The notes under the pieces were generated by a model. It was not told the origin of the DNA, made no database searches, and saw only the letters and a program-made list of their open reading frames with translations. The translations under genes and the position numbers were made by a program. This document shows, one piece after another, positions 8,212 through 34,947 of a stretch of DNA of 64,000 bases (position 1 is the first letter of the stretch; each line of letters opens with the position of its first letter). The DNA comes from Schmidtea polychroa (lineage: Eukaryota). The stretch is from positions 39,248,001 to 39,312,000 of the forward strand of contig CM097885.1 of NCBI GenBank assembly GCA_044892525.1. The letters are read 5' to 3'.

Positions 8212-11200
8212 TTAGACCAGTCGTAATTGATTTATAATTATTTCTGCAGTAATGCTTTTTAACATTAATTTATGTGATTTAAAGTCTTCTGGTGTTAGTC
8301 CTTGGATATATTCAGGATCAGTATTAAAATATTTAAGTTCTATAGGTTTTATATTTTGAACTTGATTATATAAAGGTTTAGGAATTAATATTTCAGGATA
8401 TTGGATTTCTACTTTAGCAAGTTGAAGGTCTGTAATCTCTAGGTTATAAATTTCATTTATTTTATCAAGATTTTTTATTATAGGGATTAAATCATTTCCA
8501 ATAGGTAATGTTGTCTTCAAGTCAGAAAGTATAAATCTTTTATCATCATAATTTGTTATAGCAATCTCGTTACACTCTTCAAGATATATATTATGTTTCT
8601 CTGATTTAAGATGATGGGTTTTAGCAATTTTATTTTTATAATTTATATTTAATGAATCTTTATACTCTTGATGTGTGAAGGTTTTTGACACTGATTTTTG
8701 AATTCCTTTACTTTTATTTTCTTTATAGCTTTTCGGGTTTTCAGGGAATGAAGGATATTCAAATGTGTGATCTATTTCAACAGATCCTTCTCCCTCCCTA
8801 TTATAAATTTTATTGTATGCTCTTTCATAATTGGTTTGTCTTTCATTTCAAGAGAATATTGTTTAGGTCTAATAAACACTCCTCCACTTATTGGAGTATT
8901 TGGTTTTTCATCTTTAAAAGTAAATAATTCTCCAGAAATGTTTATTAATTTATTTAAGGTTTCGTTTTCACTTATTTCCTTTTTTAAATCTTTACTATGA
9001 CCTTTTAAAAACATACTATCAGTGTCCATAGCATGCATGGATATTCGATCTCCAAAATGGGGTACTAGAACATCATAGTAGGTCTCATACATTTGAAGCT
9101 TTGAAAGTTCTAAAATTGAAAAACCTATAAAGATTGGTTTATTATAAGTTTTTACAGAGTTTTTAATCTCTATAGCTATAAGGTTACTAGAGAATATCTC
9201 TGCATTTTTAAATGTAGGCTTTCCAATTATTCGATTATATTTATTAAGATCTTTTGTTGTATTGGTTAAGAGCTCTACACGAGTATATTTATCAATATTC
9301 TCCATTGTCTTTCCAAAGACTGCATTGTTTAAAAGTTTATAAATCATATCAAGAAAAGCATTTCCAGCTCTCTTTGCTGCATTTCTTTTTAAGATATTTC
9401 CCTCGATGAATTTTTTCATAAAAGGAGCTTGTCGGAATTTAATTATAGAATGTACTTTTTTTAAAACCATTCCATGTGAGAGATAAAACTGGAGGAGTCT
9501 ATAATGACAAAGATAATCAGTTTTATCTGTTTGATCACATAAAAGTTTTATACATGGTGTTCTATTCTGAGCAATCTGCCAATCTGATAGTTCTTCAGGA
9601 GAGATCTTTCTTCTTACAGGAGCAAATGGAAAATATCTAGTTCTGGATTTTATTTCATTGGGATATTCAAGATCACATTCTACAACATATCCAAATTGAG
9701 AATCTTTTGGTGTTTTTAGAATTTCTTGTATTAATTCCTCAGTGGGTTCTTTCCAGGTGAACTTGCCAATTGGAAGGTATTGAGTCATTACTCCCGCATA
9801 TAAAGCTGTTGCATCTATATACATTATTTCAGAAGGATTAGAAAGACCTTCCATTATTTCCTTACGATCTTCTGGGTTTGTTATTTCTACATATAGAGCA
9901 TCAGGATCTTTGAAAAATTTAGGATAAAGAGTTGTAAAATTATTAGCATTTATTTCTCTATTCCCTTGTACTGAAGAAATACCTCCTCTAATATTATGTT
10001 TATATACATTAAACATATCAAGCTCAACTAATAATTCAATAGTTTTATTTCTTACTGCTACATCTTCATCAGTCCATATGGTATATAATAATATATCCCA
10101 AGCTAGAGAGGGAGCGGTTATATAATTATAAGGTTTTAATTCAAAAGCTTTTGAAAATGTCTCGAAGCAATCAGCTAAGATATAAACATCCAAGGAAAGA
10201 TACATGTCAGTATATTCTCCAAGGTTTCTACAGTTGAATAGATTCCACATTTTAACTGCACGGGAATATTCCTGATCAGAAATCCCTGATTGTGTTAAAA
10301 CAGAAAAGAAATCTTCTTGGGGTGGGAGTAATTCATTATATTTTTCAAAGGAGTCTATATAATCATATGGATAGATTCCTTTTGCTAGACAGCTATTATA
10401 TTCCTCTAATGGAATATTGTTTTTTAATAACACATGTTCTTTTGTATATTTAAAATCCTCAGGGTTCATAGTTTTAGCAATCCCATCCAAAGACATCCCT
10501 AAGAAATTTAACGAGTCCAAAAACTTAAAGCATCCATATTGAATGCTTTTATATTTTTCTTTTGTAAGTCCAATAACCTTGAAAGAGTTTTTAGCATTTG
10601 CGGCCAGATGCTTAATGAATAGGTGAATATCATAGCCAAAAAGATTGTGAAATATAAATGGTATGTGTGTTGGTTTTTTACAATTGAGATTACATTTTTT
10701 ATGGGCTGCTCCTCTGTAATTATTTTCTCTTTTAAAATGATCATGGTCTGCAACCTTTGGCTCCTCATCCTCCTCCTCCTGAATATCAAACTCTTGTTTA
10801 CACATCCAGCAGTGTGTTGCATTTTTATATTCTTCCTCTTGTTCTTCTGAAAAATTCATAGGAAAGTTGGATTTTAATATTATATATAATTCATGTTCTA
10901 GATTATTTAAAGTTTTAACAAAATGATCTAGAGTCTCTTTGTCAGAAGTTCCTCTAAATGAATATTCTCTAGATTCTACAAGTTCTGGATAATTACTTTT
11001 AAAAAACATTTTATAAGCAGAGGGTAATTGTTTTGTTAGTTTTACAGTATTAGTTTTTGTTCGTCTTAGTTTTACATTTATAGCTTCAAAATCACAATAA
11101 ACCACTCCCAATGCTTCTAATAGATTGGAATAGTTTTTAAACCTCATATTAGCATTTTTCTTGTGTGGCATTTTTATTAAAGCAGGTTGATTCTTACAAC

Positions 11201-12152
11201 AGAGTCTCTCATGTTTAATAGCAGCAAGTTTTGAACTTGAATGATATAAACATCTTTTACAACATATGCCTCCACGAATGAGTGTGTTTCCTTTCATAAA
11301 ACTTTGAAAATTCTTTATTAAGATATAATGAAGTTTTTTATCTAACATAGTGCCTCCGGACGCAGTGCTTTCTGCTTCTGGTTCTAATGAAATGCCTTCT
11401 TCTGCTTCTCTCCTCGGGTGAACGCTTTGAACCTCTTCACCATATTCTTCTCCATCAAAGTCTTCATCTGGTTTACCTTCTTCTAATATTAAAAGATCTA
11501 CTTCTCTCTTTTCATCTGAGATTTCCATGTTAGAAATGTAAATAGGAATAATGTGTTTATAATTTTTATTTTTTCTAGTTTTTGTAATTTTGGTTGGAAT
11601 GAATTGATAAATATTAATTTTAAGATTATTTAATTTTTCAAATGCTGGAACATCTTCAATTTTCATTGGGTGGGAAAAATCTTTTGGATAAATTAATTCA
11701 GATTCATATTCTTCATATTTTTGAACTCTCTGTGGGTTAGTTGCTTGAGGATGTAAGTGTGCAAGTATTGACCATTGAAAACATTTATTATCTTTATTCT
11801 GTACATTTATAACATGGTTGGAGGTGAATGGTGTGTGAATAAAAGATTTAGGATTTGGTGGTGCGCCTCTCCAGTATTCAATCTCTATATTTTGAAAAGA
11901 GTGGAATCTTAAATTAGATTCTCCTAGTTCTTGTTCCACCTGTTCTTGTTTTTCTTCCAATTCTTTAGCTATATCATTAACAAGTTTATTTCCTGCTTTT
12001 GTAGAAAATAAATATTTATATGAGGTTTCAATTTTTACATCTAGAGGCATTGCGATTGAATCATCTCCTCTCCAGTATTTTGCATTTCCTGTAAATTTAA
12101 CTTTTATAACATTAAATCTTGATCTACCAAATTTTTTTATAGCATCATCCAT
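8212..12152 (-). CDS. Protein-primed family B DNA polymerase (pPolB), frameshifted at ~8775-8850
   Basis: YCDFE, FHNLFGYD, KGIYPYDY, YIDATALY, KLLNNAVFGKT, MDTDS motifs; endonuclease VII-like insert (CWMC...DHDH...YRGAAHKKCN); -1 frame continues GSVEIDHTFEY...KSKGIQKSVSK...YDDKRF. Confidence 0.95.
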
Positions 12153-12160
12153 TGATGATA

Positions 12161-12604
12161 TTATTTTTTTTTATTTTCTCTTATATATTGCATGATTGAT
12201 CTGGGTCCTCGTTTTACTTCTACAATTACATCGGTGTGATTGAAGTTGTCCCAATTAAACTCTAGTTTTTCAGCTTTTTCAGTCATTGAGTTTGAATCAG
12301 AATCTTTTGCTTCAAGACCACAATCTTCTATGTGTCTTAAGTAAAAAGATTTTATCTTCATCTTTTTTCCACATGCTGAACATTCGAATATTTCTCTGTT
12401 TTTAGGAACTCCAATACAATTTTTAAAATGCTTCTTATAACCTGAAAATAAATATCTATCCTTACATTTAGAACAGATTTTGGAATTAGTGTCATCTAGT
12501 GTGTTAGCTTTTATTAAATGGTCTTTTGATTTTTTATGAGATGTTAAAGCAGTTTTATTTTTAAAATTTTTTTCACAAATTTCACAATTGAAAATAGCTT
12601 CCAT
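12161..12604 (-). CDS. Zinc-finger protein upstream of pPolB
   Basis: CEICEKNFKNKTALTSHKKSKDH, CSKC...HFKNC, CSACGK...HIEDC. Confidence 0.8.
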   Translation of the reverse strand: MEAIFNCEICEKNFKNKTALTSHKKSKDHLIKANTLDDTNSKICSKCKDRYLFSGYKKHFKNCIGVPKNREIFECSACGKKMKIKSFYLRHIEDCGLEAKDSDSNSMTEKAEKLEFNWDNFNHTDVIVEVKRGPRSIMQYIRENKKK

Positions 12605-12748
12605 TTTTAAAAGAATTTTTTGGTTGGATACGATGTTTTGGTTTTGATATTAATTTTTATTTTTTTTAAATCTAAAAGTGATCAGGCGACCTAGATCATT
12701 ATGAATTAGGTAATCTGATATTCTTATAACATTAAATCCTTAAGACCA

Positions 12749-12995
12749 AGTAGTGAGGAATCTATGCACCCCGTTACCTTTTCTCGGAATTACTAATCTA
12801 TAAATACATCTATTCCGAACTTTTTTACTTTTAAGGGAAGAAATTAAGGGTTAATGGCAATAGGGGACAAAGTTTACAAGTTAGAAAAAGTGAAGAATAT
12901 GGGGTAAAAAAGCATATAAATGTGGAAAATATGGGTCAATAGCGCTGTTTTTTTTTGAGGGTGGGGGTGCTGGGGTGCATAGATTCCTCACTACT
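12749..12995. repeat. Polinton right terminal region with an internal inverted 24-bp copy of the terminus
   Basis: AGTAGTGAGGAATCTATGCACCCC at 12749 and its reverse complement ending at 12995; flanks AGACCA / TTGGTG are not a TSD. Confidence 0.9.
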
Positions 12996-13490
12996 TTGGT
13001 GCTGTAGTGACGAAGTATTTGAAGAAAAAAAATTATTGGGGAAAATTAGACAACGTTGTTCGAAACGTTGTTGGAGAAATAATTGTGAAAAATAATTGTA
13101 AAGAAAACGATTGTGGAGAATAATTATTGGAGAAGAGTTGAAGAAAAGAATTAGTGAAAAATAAAACAAAAAGAAGTTACTTGAGTATTTGAATAAATTT
13201 GTGAAGAAGGTCAGAGAAAACAACCAGCTCAAAATTCCAGTTGATAAACCAATCAGTAATTTGTGATCTTTTAGTCTGGTTGTTATACGCAAGTGCTATT
13301 CCTCACTGAGTGTTGCAATAAGCATTGTATAGTCACCAAGCAGAGTGTTGAATTGATTATCAGTGTAAAGTGAAAGTTTAATTGTGATTATCAATAAAGA
13401 TTTCTGTTGTCAAGTGTTATTTGTGGATCGTATAAAGACACGTTTGGAGTCAGAGTAACATTTAAATTTATCACCAACTCAATAACTCAA

Positions 13491-13492
13491 CA

Positions 13493-13551
<59 letters not shown>

Positions 13552-13561
13552 CATAATAATA

Positions 13562-13612
<51 letters not shown>

Positions 13613-13848
13613 GTAATAATAATAGTAATAATAATATTAATAATAATACACTTGTGATTTGTTGAGTGTGAGCAATACCCTTGTGGGGACATACCCATAA
13701 GGGGACAGAATATATAATAATAATAATATTAATGATAATAATAATAATACTAATAATAGTAATAATAATAATAATAATAAATAATAATAATACTAATAAT
13801 AGTAATAGGAATAATAATAAATAATAATAAATAATAATATTAATAATC
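13491..13848. repeat. (AAT)n microsatellite with an embedded ~65-bp dispersed motif
   Basis: AAT runs around TTGTGATTTGTTGAGTGTGAGCAATACCCTTGTGGGGACATACCCATAAGGGGACA; inverted homolog at ~20612-20685. Confidence 0.85.
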
Positions 13849-14938
13849 CTCGCGCGCGTAATAGCCCTTTCAAAGACCTTTAAAATGAGCTATCGAATAA
13901 TAAAATCCACTATCGTGAACTCTAAAAATTTTAGCATGAGTCATCGTCCTTGTTCTAAAAAAGGATGACCTAAAGAAGGATGAGTCATTGTCTTTGTCCC
14001 CGCGGGCTCATGTACTTTAAAAAAATTGCCCGGGGGTAAGGGGGTCTTTGTCCTCATGGACTCACATCTACCCACATTAAGTAAAATAAAAACAAAATAA
14101 GATTAATTCAGATCGTAACTCAGTATTTTCATTCAATTAGAATTGCGAAGGCAAGATTAACATAATTCGGCCTATCTAATTATATAATGTTGACTTAGAA
14201 TTTGCGTTACCAACAAATCACTACAGTAATAAAATATGCACCAGGACTAAGTCTTTTCAAATGACCATTTTTCATCCTTTTCTCTAAAGCATGTTTTTAC
14301 ACTTGCAGTTCAATATATTTTTAATTTTTTTTTCAAAATTATAACAAAACCTTTAATAGAATGTTTCATAGATAATTAATTTATTAATATTGACATACAA
14401 TTAACCCTCAATTATTCCGGATGGCATTAACAAGATTGCGGATTAACCAAGAAAGTGAAAAATTCCAATTTTTAAAACAATTTTTTAAATTTTATAAAAA
14501 TTAATTTTATAAAATCTAAGAAGAATATTTAATCCAACTACGTAATATTATATAAGTATTAGAAAACTGATGAAATTGTGAACATATAATTTTCGAAATT
14601 CCGGCAATCACTGGTATAAATAAACAATCCGCTTGGCCTTAGTACTTTAAATAAAATATTTGGATTTTGAGTTTTTATATTTTTTTTCAGAGATTATCCA
14701 ACTCTTTCCTTTCTCTAGCCATCGTAGATATTGGAGAATCTTTTTTTCATTTAATTTTTTTAATTTTAAAACACTTTATATTAAATATATGTGAACTTGA
14801 ATAACATTATTTCTAAGTTCAGACATTCTTAGTGTTATTATTTTTAAAATGACTGTTGAAGTTCGCATGTTACATCTCAAAGTCCGCATGTGAACAATTA
14901 TGTATAAATTATTTGCACAATGAATTTTAAAACGAAAC

Positions 14939-28174
<13,236 letters not shown>

Positions 28175-28537
28175 TTATTCTTTATGACATCGATAACTTG
28201 ATAATATAACGGTAGCGAAAGGTTTTATTTATTTAAAATTAAAAATCTTTTAATTCTATTTTTTATTTCCTATATTTCTTATTTCAAAAATTGCGTAAAA
28301 TTAAAAATTCAATCGTTTTTTATTTAATAAATATTTAATAATTATTTAATAATTATTTAGTAATTATTTATTTAATCGTTTTGCTTATTAAATTTCGATA
28401 TCCTTAAACTACTCCTAAGAATATTTGAAAAAAGATTTCGCAACTAGAGATATATATGGACGTTTAAAGCTTTCATGGTGGGCCATAGGGTTTTTGTCGT
28501 TTTCAGGTAATTTTTTTAATTTTAAGTAACTTTAAAG

Positions 28538-31246
28538 CAAGGGTGGCCATCCTTTTTGGTAAAAGGGCCATTACAATATTTTTGAATAATGCGGCGGGCC
28601 GCAGGTTTGAAAGGTGTAAATTTTTAACTAATGCTTCTGTGCTAATTCCAACTAAGGAACAGGAGAAGCGCAGTAATAGCCCGTAGTGGGGTCTGAGACA
28701 ACCGCTAAAAAAACAATAAAGCATTTGCGTGCATGTTAAATAAATTATGCTTCTTAGGTACAGGATAAACTGGCACTATTTATACTTGATAGCCCTGATT
28801 ATAAAGCATAATGAATCGGTCAAATTTTCAAAATGTAGCATACAAAACTAATTGGTTAAAATAGATAAAAATATGAAATAAACAATAAATTTTGTTCAAT
28901 ATTTACCTGCGGCCCATTATTACATTTTTTACTACAGTTCGTAAAGCTACCAACTGAAAAAAAGAAAAGAAAGAGATATTTAAAACTTTACATTCAAAAA
29001 ACATTCTTGTACAAAAACATTACGTTTTAACTATTCAGGGCAAATGTCTTTCAGTGAGAAACCTGAGCTTGTTTGCCAGATGAGAGCTCTTCTATACTAA
29101 CATCAAATGTAGACACGGAAATGCGCAAGATGTCGTGCAACTGATCATCAGTAAGTCTGGCCCTGTGAACCGACTTATTGCATTTCATTCTCGAAAATGT
29201 CTGCTCACATATGTATGTACTACCAAACAAACTTATCATCTTCAATGCATTCTTCCGCAATGCTGGATACTTGTCGGGAGTTAAGAGGGAATAAAACTTG
29301 ATCAAGTTTCCTTCTAGATATTTTTGTTTTAAAAAGCTATCTGACTGCAGCTCAACAAGCTCCATTTGAAAATCTATCGACACATTTTCAACATCAACCA
29401 GGAAAGGACTTCCAAAGAGACGGATTTCCGTTTCATTGGAACAGAAGTCAACGAATCTTCTTTTAAACTCCTGCAGCAGGTTCGTAACTAATTCCTCATA
29501 TCGCTCGAATTTAAATGATTTGTCTCCCGCATTGAGTATTTTCTTGCACGTCGGAAAGTGATTCAATTTGTGTCATCAAAATTTGAAGTTTCAACTCAAA
29601 GACCTTCAAAGCCTCAAACAAAATGTGTACAAGCTGGTTGGAACCTTGAAGTTTGGTATTGAGCTGGTTAAGATGGAACATCATGTCCGTCAAAAAAGCC
29701 AAATCTTGCATCCAATTCTTATCTTCTAACTGAGGAACAGCCGAATCTTTTTCCTTCATGAAGTTTCCAATTTCGTTGCGCAAAGCAAAGAATTTTTCAA
29801 GAACAATTCCCCCTACTCAACCAGCGGACTTCCGTGTAGTATGGCATATCATTAAACTCTGCACCAGCTTCTTCCAAAAAATTCTTGAATTGACGATGGT
29901 TGAGAGATCTTGCACGGATAAAGTTCACAATCTTCACCACCACAATCATGACATGTTGCATCTGCAACGTTTTGCTGCAGAGAGCTTCCTGATGAATTAT
30001 GCAATGGTAGGTCAATGGCGGCACGTTTAACCCTTTACAATATTTTTTACAAGCCCGGAAAGACCCATTATATTACCGATCATGGCAGGAGCTCCATCAG
30101 TTGTCACGGCAGAAAGGTTTTCCCATGACAGCTCTAGTCTCTCCAATACCATTTCCAGTGCATCAAATATATCGTTACCTTTTGTTGTGGCATGCATGCT
30201 GCAAAGGCCAGCAAGATCTTCAACAATTTCAAATTTTTCATTGACTCCACGGATGAATATCAGCAGTTGTGCTATATTTGATAAATCAGTACTCTCATCT
30301 AGTGCGACTGAATACCAGACGAAATGCCGTGAAGCACGCTGAAGCTGCAGAAACAGATTTGCGGCAATATCTTCCACACGGCGTGTAATGGTTTGTTTTG
30401 ACAGGCTAACATTAGTGAACTGTTCTTTCATTTCGGGGCAGATATGCCCAACAACTTTCAGCATACAATTTTTGACAAATTCCCCATCCGTGAATGGCTT
30501 TCCTTTTCTTGCAATCGCAAATGCTACTTCATAACTTGCTCTAACAGCCATTGCTGATTGTTTTGCATATTTATTTAAAAGGTTCTGCTGCTTGGCCAGG
30601 CTTGTCTTCAGAAACTCAATCTTTCTTCTCTGATTTTGCCTTCAAATTTTGAATAAATTTGCTTGTGACGAGTTTCATAATGACGTTTCAGATTATATCT
30701 TTCATGATTGCAATTATGTCGCTACAAACCAAACATAAAGCACTACCAGAGTGTTCCACGAAAAAATACTCCAGTTCCCATCTCTCCTGGAAAGTTCTAC
30801 CTTCAGCATCAATTGTTCGGAATCTTTTCCTTTCGTTAATTGTCATTATTTAATTTAATTATTCTATATTTAATATTTTACCACGCTTGTTAACTATTAA
30901 TTCGAAATGTTTTAAATTTTAAAATACACTGTATATGAAATAAACAAAGTTTGCACGATTATTAATTACCTGGAAGCAATATGATATATGCACCGTAAAT
31001 TGACGATCAACAAAAGTAACACAGTTATTAAATTATGCAATTTACCTTTTTATTGGTTAGGTTTCGTTTTTTTGATAAAAATTTTTATAGTTTGTATTGT
31101 AATTATTAACTATATATTCTTTGTGTTGCATTTATTACATTTTTTGTATTATATCGTATTTTAAAAAGTTTTTATTATATTTTCAAAATATTAAAGCATG
31201 CGGGCCGCCAATTGATGACCCGCGGGCCGCCGGTTGGCCACTACTG
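28538..31246 (-). mobile_element. hAT transposon (Buster/SPIN, GTF2IRD2-like transposase), full length but frameshifted
   Basis: 8-bp TSD CTTTAAAG both sides; TIRs CAAGGGTGGCCA / TGGCCACTACTG; transposase ~30846-29051 with [59 protein letters not shown]. Confidence 0.95.
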
Positions 31247-32757
31247 CTTTAAAGACTTGAATTTTGATTTTATATAATTATGAGATCTATATTCAAGTTC
31301 TTAAATATTACTTTTAGCCAGCATTTATAATATAAAATATTGATAATTGAATTTCAGGTGTTTTTTAGGAATTTTATGACATTTTATGAATTTATTTGAA
31401 ATTATTTTGATAAAATGTAAGTTAAATATATTTTTAACTAAAAAAATAAAGTAATCACTGAAGATATTTATTTTTTTAATACAAATAGCACATGGATAAA
31501 ATAGTTTTTTTAATTTAAACCGAATTTTGTCATTTTCTGTAATTCTGTAATTTCTTTTTAATTTAATGATTTGTATTTTAATGAATAAATCTTAATTTTG
31601 TCAGATCTTCACCTTGGAAAAAGGTAGCGTTTCTAGAGAAATATCTGAAAATCTAAAGAAATATTAACTTAAAAAATATTTTATAAATAGATCTTACAAT
31701 GTTTTATCGTCTTTTTTTCCGCAGATCAAAGTAGAGTTGTCCGATTCTGAATATAAAAATTTTTTCCCCCATCGTTTTTAATATATTAAAAATAATAATA
31801 TGTTAACAATATGTTAATCAATGTTTAATTTCGGGAAGAAAACGGTATAATAGATTTGCTTGCATTTTTCGTTGTGTTTTGTGTTGGTATGTTTAATTGT
31901 TTTTCTGTCACTTATTCGACTCCTATAATTAATATGTTAACTTTCGAATCATTAAATTTTTACACACAGGTAAGTTTGTGTGTTCCTATGCTATAAATTT
32001 ATTGATATTTTTTAGATTATAGACTATGTTAACTTTCGGAATTAGGTGTAATGTGACCAGACTACAAAGCAACGTTAGATGGAAGAACTGAACAAGTCAC
32101 CGGATGAGTCATCGCACAAGTCATACTTTAGGAGAACAAAGATTATTACTCATAGGATAAATTATAGCAAGAACTTTACTTTTATAAAAAGTTCCTCTAA
32201 CTATTTTTTAACAGAATTATTTTTCAAATTTTTTATTTTTTCAAACTTAAACTCCCTACCATTTTAAAATTTTCAAAAATTCGGCTATGGCCATTTAACA
32301 ACGAACTTTTATATATTTTCGAATTAAAGAGTTTCGTTTTATACTATGGTTGATTTTGTTTTCGGTGTATATAGTTTTATATTATCTTCATTATGGTTAT
32401 ACTTCGACTTACACTGAGTTCAACTGTAGTGTGTCAAAACCTTCAAAATTGTTCTGCATTGTTCTTAAAACAACTTTTTATGGTCACAATTTTTGGTGTG
32501 TTGATGGAGTCGTATGTACTCCACTCAATTGATCTTTTTCATATCTTTGTTTGTTCAAAAGCTTCAAGGGGTCAAAAATTTTGTCTTTACACAAACATGA
32601 TTTCAAACATTGTCACCATAGTTTACAATATGTCCGAAATATCCATGTGTTAATATGCGAAATATCTATTCGTTACAATCCCTTTGCCACATGTCGATGT
32701 GCACTTCACGTTTGGTGGTTTAGCGTAAGCTGCATCGCCAACTTGGAACGACGTGTC

Positions 32758-33968
32758 CTACGTCTTCTCTTCTGTATAACAAGCGCCAACTCCTTTCCAG
32801 CAATATGAAAACACGGATGAAGACGGCGGCGTTCCGCACTTGTCATTGGGTGCAAGGTTATACCAATATACCATTTCCAACATTCCCTTGTTAGTTCTTG
32901 TTGCCATGCGTTTAATTGTACGATGGTTCAGTTCTATTATGTTGTTTCCTGATGGCCGATAAGCACATCGAAACATACATTTCACACCCCATTTGCGACA
33001 CAGTACTTTCATTTGTGTCGACCGAAATGATGTCGCATTATCAATCACCAGCTCATCAGGGGAACCTCGTTCTCTAAAGATCTGTTCAAGATTCCGTGTA
33101 ATGGTCTCTGCAGAGAGCAAAACGACCCGGTCCACAATCAATCATAGTTAAATAAAGCTTACTTAGATAATGTGTAACATCCATAGCCAGTCTCTTCCAA
33201 GTCTCCTTAACGCTTAACTCTCCATGCTCCCATTTTACAGGCGCCGGATCGATAGATTGACATTCTGAACATTCACTAATTATAGCCTTCATCCTCAAGT
33301 GTAACGTCCGGGCACAGTTGCATTGCAAAATACAATTTCTTCTTGGCACCGAAATGGTGCTGTCTATGACTTTCTCGTAACACTTGGCTCACTACAACAA
33401 CGGTGCTTGCAGTTGGTTCGACAAACGATTTAACCCATGTCAGCCATTTATTACTGACTCTTGTGAGTGCATCTGCTTTGTTTTTATCTGCCGGGACAAA
33501 CTCAACCGAGATCGTTAAATTATAGCTTTTTCGTAATTCACAAATGATCTGCAGACGTCTTCGAACTAGCATTTCAGCAATTTCATGATTTCGGATTCTG
33601 GCAGTATCCGTTAAAACTGAATCTATCCAACTCCTGACGGTAGCGGAATCTGTTACTACAACTAAGTTGCTTCTTTCCCATCTGATGACTAAGTTAATTC
33701 CCTTTATCACAGCGTCTAACTCTGCAAGGTTTATATGCTTGGAACATATCTATCGAATAGCCATCGATTAAGGCATGTTCGATCTTCAATACGTTAATCT
33801 TATCTTCGCGCTCAAATGCTGATATACTGAAAAAGCTAGTCCATATAGATATAGAGAAATTATTGATTCCACCTCCAAGATTTTTTGAATTTTTGCCACT
33901 ACTTTCACTTTCTGAATCCACTGTTGAACGTCACCTTCTCCATTGAAAATAGTTATCATCTTGTTCAT
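32758..33968 (-). mobile_element. Ty3/gypsy remnant (gag N-terminus, RNase H, integrase; RT deleted)
   Basis: FNGEGDVQQWIQK (gag), TDSATV...NKADALTR (RNase H), C..C..IDPAP, RLAMDVTHY, DNATSF, YRPSGNNIIELNHRTIKR (integrase). Confidence 0.85.
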
Positions 33969-34715
33969 GATATGGCTGAGATAGCTTGTAGATTTATTGA
34001 CACTATGAAATCACAACGTTTTTTAAATTCTGCTTTTAAAACAATATGTGCATATTAAAACAAATTTAATTATGCAATAACATTATTGAACACCAAAAAA
34101 ACATCATTCATTCTATTTCAAAAAATAAATATTTTTACTCTTATTTGAAATAAACTCAATGGTAGTTTATTACGTACATGACATAGCATTTTATTTTTTT
34201 CATTATAAAGCTCTTCGTTTCTTGAAAACTTGATAATTTATCTTAATATGTTGGCTTAATTTAATAAATTTCGATCTATCTTGACTCTTATTATCGGTAG
34301 ATTTAACATTTGTCGACATCAAAATAAAGTCAAAGGACAATCAAGAATCATTGAATTAAGAGAAAACTTTTTAAATTTACTTTTTATGATATTATTTTAT
34401 TTGAATAAAGGAAATGCTAATAAGCTAAAATCATATTAGTTCATGATTCAATTTGTCCAAATTGCCAAATTGCGACCAACTAACGACTTATTGGACAGAT
34501 AATTATATGATGATGAAATGTTGTCAAACTACTTCTGTATTTGATGATTTTGTAATGTTGAGGTCTCACTATTTGTGTGGTTGTTTTTATGTTGTGTTGA
34601 TTTTAATTCGATTAAATAAGGCTTCTGTAGAGGGTTTTTGTCTGCTCTGGGTTTAAATATTTACGAAGCATTAAACTTTGAAATCTCTTCTTGGAGCAAA
34701 TATTTGGCGAATTAA

Positions 34716-34947
34716 CCCTTTCGCACCGACTTTCCGCTAATGACACTATGCTAAATTTATATATTGGAACTTGTTAATATTGACCTAAATATGAAATATT
34801 CTCATTTTTGTAATCGTGGCGCTTCTGAATATCCTAGAAAGTCCTGGGATAATAATAAACTTTAACACCGCAAATTGCTTTGAAAATATCCCAGTAGGAT
34901 CATGATGAAAGTTTCTGGGACGTATTGTCCCAATAGGGGCGAAAGGG
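34716..34947. mobile_element. piggyBac-type MITE
   Basis: TTAA|CCCTTTCGC ... GCGAAAGGG|TTAA; the paralogous sequence near 48850 shows the empty site (TGGCGAATTAAATGATTTT). Confidence 0.88.

Larger units (their letters stand above)
730..12995. mobile_element. Polinton/Maverick (adintovirus-like) element, decayed, left end not visible
   Basis: Co-located rve integrase, A32-like ATPase, adenain-like protease, penton-like minor capsid and protein-primed PolB; right end reads ...TCCTCACTACT (AGTAGT terminus typical of Polintons). Confidence 0.95.

Noticed and set aside
12996..13470. Possible LTR-element PBS/leader (TTGGTGCTGTAGTGAC) after the Polinton end
   Set aside because: No LTR or gag ORF follows and the tRNA match could not be verified
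13471..13698. Poly-Ile/Leu/Asn ORFs here and at 20309-20666, 22040-22424, 23945-24244, 52523-52999
   Set aside because: Translations of (AAT)n microsatellites
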